The notes under the pieces are model-generated. The model was not told where the DNA came from. It saw nothing but the letters and a program-made list of their open reading frames with translations, and did no database searches. 62,050 nucleotides of DNA from Clostridiaceae bacterium (GTDB taxonomy: Bacteria; Bacillota; Clostridia; Lutisporales; Lutisporaceae). The stretch is from NCBI GenBank assembly GCA_041690515.1, contig JAWLHF010000001.1, forward strand, positions 1 through 62,050, written 5' to 3'. Position numbers and translations under genes: made by a program. Shown piece by piece: positions 56,112 to 62,050 of the stretch (positions are counted from its first letter, which is position 1; every line of letters begins with the position of its first letter).

Positions 56112-58538
56112 ATGCAGTATGGGTATTTCAATGATATGAACAAGGAGTATGTGATAACTGATCCAAAGACTCCTGTAAAATGGATAAACTATATCGGCAG
56201 TCTTGATTTTGGAGGTTTTGTCGACCATACGGGAGGAGCTTTGATATGCAAAGGGGATCCTGCAATAAATAGGATAGTCAAGTATATCCCCCAGCTTCCT
56301 GCTTCCGAGTTCAAGGGTGAGACCCTATATATAAGGGTTAAGTTCAAAGGATCATATACTCTGTTTTCTCCCTTCTTCGTACCAACACTGGACCAATATC
56401 AGATGTATGAATGCCATGTAGGCCTGGGTTATACCAGGATCATCTCGGAATTTTACGACATAAGGACTGAAGTGCTTATTTTCGTACCTATTAAGGGGAA
56501 CAGAGAGATAAGGGATATAAGAATAACTAATCTAAGGGCTGTCCCTGTGGAGATTGATGCAGTTCCGATTGTTGAGTATACACATTTTGACGCATTGAAG
56601 CAGCTTATAAATGGGGATTGGGTCCCCCAGACTATGCAATCCAGGTGCATTGAGGGGCAGAAGGGGCATAAGACTCTAATACAGTATGCGTTTATGAATA
56701 AGGCTGCCAGGGTAAATTTTTTCACTTCCAATCATGCTGTATCCTCCTTTGAAACAGAAAGGCGATATTTCCTGGGGGATAATGAGTATGGCACCTGGGA
56801 AAGCCCCTTAAGCTTGAATAATAATGAGCTTGGAAACCATGAAGCATTATGGGGGGACAATATTGCCGCATTGCTGCATCATATGGGGGTTCTGGAGCCG
56901 GGAGAGTCACGGAGAATCGTGACACAGCTAGGCCAGTGCAGGTCTTTAGAAGAGGAAAGCTTTAATACAGAGTACTATAGGAATACCGATAGGGTGGATG
57001 AGGAATTTTTAAAACTTAAATGCTTCTGGGAGGATTTTCTTTCAAGGCAGCAGGTGGAAACTCCGGATAAGGCCATGAATTCAATGCTGAATATACACAA
57101 TCCCAGACAGTGCCATATAACTAAGAACTGGTCGAGATATCTATCCCTATATCAACTGGGCTTTGGTGCAAGAGGGATAGGCTTCAGGGACAGCTCTCAG
57201 GATGTCATGGGGATACTGGGCAATGAGCCGGAGGAAGGAAGGCTGCTAATTGAAAAGCTTCTTCAGGTTCAGAGGATGAACGGTTCTGCAATGCATCAGT
57301 TCAATCCCGTCACTATGATTGCAAATGAAGGGGATGCCGCGGAAGCAGAAGACAGACCGGGGTATTACAGTGATGACCACCTGTGGTTAGTACTTGCTGT
57401 CTGTGAATATATAAAAGAGACCGGTGATATAGCTTTTCTTGATAAAAAGCTGCCCTTCTATGAGAAGGATAAAAATGAAAGGCCCATTGAAGAGGGCACT
57501 GTGCTTGAACATCTTGAAAGAGCCATAGAGTTCACCCGAAACGACCTGGGGACCCATGGACTGCCTTTGTCGGGTTTTGCTGACTGGAATGATACAGTAA
57601 ATCTTCCCAAAGGAGCGGAATCCTTTTTTACTGCCTGCTTGTACGGAAAATCCCTTAAGGATATGAGAGAGCTTATGGATTATATGGGGGACGAAATATC
57701 AGGAGCAATGTACGGCAAATATTACTCTGAGATTAAGGCAAGTGCAGACAAATGGGGCTGGGACGGTGAATGGTATATAAGATACTATGACCATGCAGGA
57801 AGGCCTTTGGGCTCCAAATCATGCAGTGCAGGACATATATATGTGAATTCCCAATCCTGGGCCGTGATATCTGGGTTTGCCTCCTCAGAGAAGGCAGAAA
57901 AGGCTCTTAATTCTGTCAGAAGGATACTGAATACCAGGAACGGCATAAAGCTGAGCTTTCCGGGATATAACGGATATGACCCGGAAAAGGGAGGTATCAC
58001 GACGTATCCCCCCGGTGCCAAGGAGAACGGAGGCATATTTCTCCACTGCAATCCATGGGTAATAATAGCCGAAACCATGTCGGGCAATGGAAACAGAGCC
58101 TATGAGTATTACAGTCAGATAAATCCCGCAGGCAAGAATGCCTGTATTGATGAATATGAGTGTGAACCCTATTGTTATGCACAGAACATATTGGGAGATG
58201 AGCATCCCTTATTCGGCAGAGCGAGGAACAGCTGGCTTTCAGGAACAGCATCCTGGGCTTACCAGTCGGCGATGAAGCACATATTGGGGGTCCGTGCAGC
58301 ATATAGGGGGTTGGAGATAGATCCCTGTATTCCGGACACTTGGAAGGAATTCAAAGCCGTAAAGCATTTCAGAGGTGCTGTATATGAGATACATGTAAAA
58401 AATCCGGAAGGTATCTCAAAGGGGATAAGGATGGTGAGAGTAGATGGGCAGCCTTTTGAAGGCTGTGTCATACCTGCTTTTGGAGACGGCGGGAGACATT
58501 TCGTTGAGGTGATAATGGGCAAGAACTCATATGTATAG
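56112..58538 (+). CDS. GH94 family glycoside phosphorylase, specificity unknown (divergent paralogue of the downstream gene)
   Basis: [27 protein letters not shown], the catalytic-region motif [10 protein letters not shown], and a length of 808 aa. Confidence 0.8.
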   Translation: MQYGYFNDMNKEYVITDPKTPVKWINYIGSLDFGGFVDHTGGALICKGDPAINRIVKYIPQLPASEFKGETLYIRVKFKGSYTLFSPFFVPTLDQYQMYECHVGLGYTRIISEFYDIRTEVLIFVPIKGNREIRDIRITNLRAVPVEIDAVPIVEYTHFDALKQLINGDWVPQTMQSRCIEGQKGHKTLIQYAFMNKAARVNFFTSNHAVSSFETERRYFLGDNEYGTWESPLSLNNNELGNHEALWGDNIAALLHHMGVLEPGESRRIVTQLGQCRSLEEESFNTEYYRNTDRVDEEFLKLKCFWEDFLSRQQVETPDKAMNSMLNIHNPRQCHITKNWSRYLSLYQLGFGARGIGFRDSSQDVMGILGNEPEEGRLLIEKLLQVQRMNGSAMHQFNPVTMIANEGDAAEAEDRPGYYSDDHLWLVLAVCEYIKETGDIAFLDKKLPFYEKDKNERPIEEGTVLEHLERAIEFTRNDLGTHGLPLSGFADWNDTVNLPKGAESFFTACLYGKSLKDMRELMDYMGDEISGAMYGKYYSEIKASADKWGWDGEWYIRYYDHAGRPLGSKSCSAGHIYVNSQSWAVISGFASSEKAEKALNSVRRILNTRNGIKLSFPGYNGYDPEKGGITTYPPGAKENGGIFLHCNPWVIIAETMSGNGNRAYEYYSQINPAGKNACIDEYECEPYCYAQNILGDEHPLFGRARNSWLSGTASWAYQSAMKHILGVRAAYRGLEIDPCIPDTWKEFKAVKHFRGAVYEIHVKNPEGISKGIRMVRVDGQPFEGCVIPAFGDGGRHFVEVIMGKNSYV

Positions 58539-58549
58539 GAGGTGAAGGG

Positions 58550-60985
58550 ATGAAATACGGATATTTTGATGATGCAAACAGGGAGTATGTGATTACGACT
58601 CCAAAGACTCCTTTTCCGTGGATAAACTATCTGGGGCAGGAGGAGTTTTTTTCACTGATTTCAAATACGGCAGGTGGTTATTGTTTTTATAAGGATGCGA
58701 GACTTAGAAGGTTGACCAGATACAGGTATAACAGCATCCCCTGGGACAATGGAGGGAGATACTTTTATATAAATGACGGAGGCAGTGTCTACTCCCTTAC
58801 ATGGATGCCCGTAAAGCAAAAGACGGAAAGTTATGAATGCAGACATGGCCTGGGATATACCAGGATAAAATGCCTGCAGCAGGACATTGAAAGTGAGGTG
58901 CTTTTTATGGTACCTCTCAAGGACAATGCTGAACTGCACCATGTAAGTCTTATGAATAAGGGGGATAAGGTAAAGGAGCTGATATTGTTTTCCTTTATAG
59001 AATTCTGCCTTTGGAATGCTTATGATGATATGACCAACTATCAGCGTACTTTGAACATCGGTTCTGTTGAAGTTGAGGGCAGTACAATATACCATAGTAC
59101 TGACTACAGAGAGAGAAGGAATCACTATTCCTTCTACAGTGTAAACAGGGAAATTGAAGGGTTTGATACTGAAAGAGATTCCTTTCTAGGGCAATTCAAC
59201 GGTCTCCACGAGCCGGAAGCAGTAATGGAGGGGAAATCACGCAGCTCCATTGCACATGGATGGAACCCAATAGCATCCCACAGTATCAGGATAAAACTTG
59301 AACCCGGTGAGAAAACGACACTTATTTTTGTACTGGGATATGTTGAGTGCAAGGAGAATGAGAAATGGGAAGCGGGAGGAAAGATAAAAAAAACAGGGAC
59401 TTATAGGCTCATGAAAAAATATGCAGATGACAGATGTGTGAGGTCAGCTTATGACAAACTGAAGGAGTATTGGGATGGCCTGCTTTCGGGATATGTACTG
59501 GACAGCAGCGAGGATAAGTTAAATAGGATGGTGAATATTTGGAACCCTTACCAATGCATGATAACCTTCAACATGTCAAGAAGTGCTTCCTATTTTGAGA
59601 CAGGAATTGGAAGGGGAATGGGCTTCAGGGATTCAAACCAGGATATATTGGGTTTTGTCCATATGATTCCTGAGAGGGCAAGGGCAAGGATATTGGAGCT
59701 GGCTTCGACTCTGTTGGAGGATGGAGGTGCATATCATCAATATCAGCCGCTTACCAAAAAAGGTAATAATGAAATAGGAGGCGGCTTCAATGATGATCCG
59801 CTGTGGCTGATACTGTCTACAGTGGCATATATCAAGGAAACCGGAGACTACTCAATACTTGAGGAGAAAATCCCCTATAATTGTGATGAAAATAGACTGG
59901 GAACAATGGAAGAGCATTTGTGGAAAGCCTTCAACCATACTGTGGAAAATTTGGGGCCACACGGGCTGCCATTGATCGGCAGGGCAGACTGGAATGACTG
60001 CTTGAATCTCAATTGTTTTTCGGCTAATCCCGACGAATCCTTTCAGACCTGTGACAACAGGAAGGGAAGGGTGGCGGAATCAGTGTTCATTGCAGGATTG
60101 TTTGTCTATGCCGGAAAGGAATACAGCAGATTGTGCATGCTGCTCGGACTGGAAAGGGAGGCAGCTGAAATATCCGCTCAATTGGAAAAAATGCAGGAGA
60201 ATGTTATCAGGTATGGTTATGATAAGGATTGGTTTCTTAGGGCCTATGACTATTTTGGCAACAGGATAGGCAGCTCGGAGAATGAGGAGGGGCAGATATT
60301 CATTGAACCTCAAGGCTTATGTGTGATGGCTGGTATAGGTGAGGAGAATGGCATGGCACTGAAAGCCCTGGATTCAGTATATGAAAGACTTAACACCAAA
60401 TACGGCCTGGTGCTGCAGAACCCTGCCTACAGTGAATACAGGCTGAACCTGGGTGAAATAACCTCATATCCTCCGGGCTTGAAGGAGAATGCAGGGATAT
60501 TCTGCCATAACAATCCCTGGGTCATGATAGCTGAGACAAAGCTGGGAAGAGGCAGCAGGGCTTTTGAATATTACAGCAGGATCGCTCCTGCATATGCTGA
60601 AGAAAGAAGCGATATTCACAAAATGGAACCCTATGTGTATGCACAAATGATTGCAGGAAAGGATGCTCCAAACCATGGGGAAGCTAAAAATTCATGGCTT
60701 ACCGGAACCGCAGCCTGGAACTATGAAGCGGCAACTAAATGGATATTGGGCATAAGGCCAGACTATGAAGGCCTTGTTGTTGACCCGTGCATACCAAATG
60801 AATGGGAAGGCTTTTGTGTCACAAGGAAATTCAGAAATGCAACCTACAGAATAACTGTAAGGAATCCTAAGCATGTAAGTAAAGGCATAAAAGATATGAA
60901 AGTAGACGGTAAGGAGGCAATCAGCACTTTAATACCGGTATTCAACGACAATGCTATCCACGAGATAGAAGTGACAATGGGATAG
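58550..60985 (+). CDS. cbp: GH94 cellobiose phosphorylase-like enzyme
   Basis: [29 protein letters not shown]...[23 protein letters not shown]...[12 protein letters not shown]...[20 protein letters not shown] and [10 protein letters not shown] closely resemble characterised clostridial cellobiose phosphorylases as I recall them. Length is 811 aa. Confidence 0.85.
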   Translation: MKYGYFDDANREYVITTPKTPFPWINYLGQEEFFSLISNTAGGYCFYKDARLRRLTRYRYNSIPWDNGGRYFYINDGGSVYSLTWMPVKQKTESYECRHGLGYTRIKCLQQDIESEVLFMVPLKDNAELHHVSLMNKGDKVKELILFSFIEFCLWNAYDDMTNYQRTLNIGSVEVEGSTIYHSTDYRERRNHYSFYSVNREIEGFDTERDSFLGQFNGLHEPEAVMEGKSRSSIAHGWNPIASHSIRIKLEPGEKTTLIFVLGYVECKENEKWEAGGKIKKTGTYRLMKKYADDRCVRSAYDKLKEYWDGLLSGYVLDSSEDKLNRMVNIWNPYQCMITFNMSRSASYFETGIGRGMGFRDSNQDILGFVHMIPERARARILELASTLLEDGGAYHQYQPLTKKGNNEIGGGFNDDPLWLILSTVAYIKETGDYSILEEKIPYNCDENRLGTMEEHLWKAFNHTVENLGPHGLPLIGRADWNDCLNLNCFSANPDESFQTCDNRKGRVAESVFIAGLFVYAGKEYSRLCMLLGLEREAAEISAQLEKMQENVIRYGYDKDWFLRAYDYFGNRIGSSENEEGQIFIEPQGLCVMAGIGEENGMALKALDSVYERLNTKYGLVLQNPAYSEYRLNLGEITSYPPGLKENAGIFCHNNPWVMIAETKLGRGSRAFEYYSRIAPAYAEERSDIHKMEPYVYAQMIAGKDAPNHGEAKNSWLTGTAAWNYEAATKWILGIRPDYEGLVVDPCIPNEWEGFCVTRKFRNATYRITVRNPKHVSKGIKDMKVDGKEAISTLIPVFNDNAIHEIEVTMG

Positions 60986-61041
60986 GAATTCTGCTAAATA
61001 TAACAGGGTATTTTAGATTAACGTGGTGCGGTTAACTTGTA

Positions 61042-61147
61042 GTCATTCTGAACGCAGTGAAGAATCTTCTGCTGATAAAGCTTGACCCGGGTAAGTACTG
61101 TAAGTATTCCTATAGGGTCATAGATCCTTCGCTTCGCTCAGGATGAC
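61042..61147. repeat. Third copy of the core palindromic element (GTCATTCTGAACGCAGTGAAGAATC ... GATCCTTCGCTTCGCTCAGGATGAC)
   Basis: It has the same termini and internal TATTCCT(A/T)TAGGGTCA(A/T)AGATCC block as 40816-40918. The outer ACACGG arms are absent. Confidence 0.8.
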
Positions 61148-61179
61148 ATTTTTTTGCAGTTGATTAATTATATGAAGCC

Positions 61180-61854
61180 CTAATACCTTCTCTCCTGTAC
61201 TCCCTTCGAAATCAAAAGCCCTTTTATCTGCTTCACTTCATCCCCGCTGCATTCCAGGATAATAGTCCCCAGGTCATAGGTGTGATACAGAAGGATACTG
61301 TCCTTCAAAGCAAGATAGCTCTCTATCCTTTCAAAAGGATACCAGCCTGCTGCATTCCCATAGCTGAAGGGAACCGAAAGCTCAAGTCTGAAGTCCATTC
61401 CATCAATGGCAATTCCTTTATCTGCGACATATATCTTCAATGTCTTGCTGTTTATGAGGAACAGCACTTCAATGACAACGGCAAGGACTGCAAGACAAAC
61501 CAGTGACCACAGGTTCTCGGCAGATACCGCTCTTCTGTTCACCATGGGCATAAGCACTCCGATAATAGGCAGGGTAAGCATTATCAATCTGTCACGCATT
61601 TCAAAGAATCTTGCAGGGAAGATTTTAATTATATTCAGGTTTTTTATATGGCTCTTGACATACAAGTGCTTTAAAAGAGCTTGGGTATATAATGCTGTTA
61701 TATATCCGGAAATATAGAATACTGCCCTTACAAAGACAATATTGGGAATACCCTCCATCACCCTGGTCGGGATGATAAAATTGATCAAAATAAAAAATAA
61801 CAGGAAGGTAAAAAGGGATATTATAAATATTATGGTTTTCATTGTATTGCTCAT
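61180..61854 (-). CDS. Hypothetical polytopic membrane protein
   Basis: 224-aa ORF with four or more TM helices followed by a soluble C-terminal domain. No family recognised. Confidence 0.5.
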   Translation of the reverse strand: MSNTMKTIIFIISLFTFLLFFILINFIIPTRVMEGIPNIVFVRAVFYISGYITALYTQALLKHLYVKSHIKNLNIIKIFPARFFEMRDRLIMLTLPIIGVLMPMVNRRAVSAENLWSLVCLAVLAVVIEVLFLINSKTLKIYVADKGIAIDGMDFRLELSVPFSYGNAAGWYPFERIESYLALKDSILLYHTYDLGTIILECSGDEVKQIKGLLISKGVQERRY

Positions 61855-62050
61855 TTATGTTCCTCGCTTTGCATTAAGGCGTTGGCATCAATCTTTGATA
61901 TATTATAAATTATACCAAATCTTTATTAAAAATCAATTTGATGTATAATAGAGTTACTGTCAAGTAAACGTTGGCAACTTTTCTTCATACAAATTTCCTG
62001 TAAACATATGGACAAATTAGACCGCATATATTCCACGGTCCTATTGACAG

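Overview
The window is a chromosomal segment from a Clostridia-class Firmicute. Conserved synteny (ftsEX, M23 activator, ctpA, MinJ-like PDZ protein, uvrBA), a three-component sugar sensor and tandem GH94 phosphorylases suggest a cellulolytic Ruminiclostridium/Acetivibrio-like organism; the taxon is inference only. There are about 55 genes and no rRNA, tRNA, CRISPR array, transposase, integrase or phage genes.

Gene blocks in order:
- 3' end of a CODH catalytic subunit gene.
- A metal-homeostasis neighbourhood: cadC-like ArsR repressor with a 12-4-12 operator, a CadA-type P1B ATPase, a Mn riboswitch with mntP, an uncharacterised HMA/DsbD_2-like/cupredoxin fusion with an LDCC mini-protein and an OmpR/HK pair.
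- A candidate c-di-AMP riboswitch upstream of a peptidoglycan-binding protein.
- Tiny sporulation-like membrane proteins.
- nifS-thiI.
- A cheY-mcp-cheW module.
- A decayed TetR/RND efflux locus.
- ftsEX-M23, znuACB-zur, ctpA and a PDZ membrane protein.
- msmK plus a PucR-like regulator.
- LexA-boxed uvrBA.
- A sugar locus: SBP-like sensor, YesM-like kinase, YesN-like regulator, LplABC-type importer, DUF624 protein and two GH94 phosphorylases.

Most notable observations:
1. Two ORFs about 2 kb apart carry in-frame TGA codons at positions where homologues or neighbours have Cys. One is the first Cys of the CadA CxxC motif, which is followed by a SECIS-like hairpin. These are candidate selenocysteine codons or very recent nonsense mutations.
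2. Several families of nested GC-rich palindromic intergenic repeats are present. One pair of about 280 bp copies in inverted orientation brackets uvrBA.
3. There is an uncharacterised multi-Cys metal module.
4. There is clear gene decay: an RND fusion pseudogene and a truncated paralogue remnant.

All functional calls rest on motif and architecture recognition by eye. No database search was possible.
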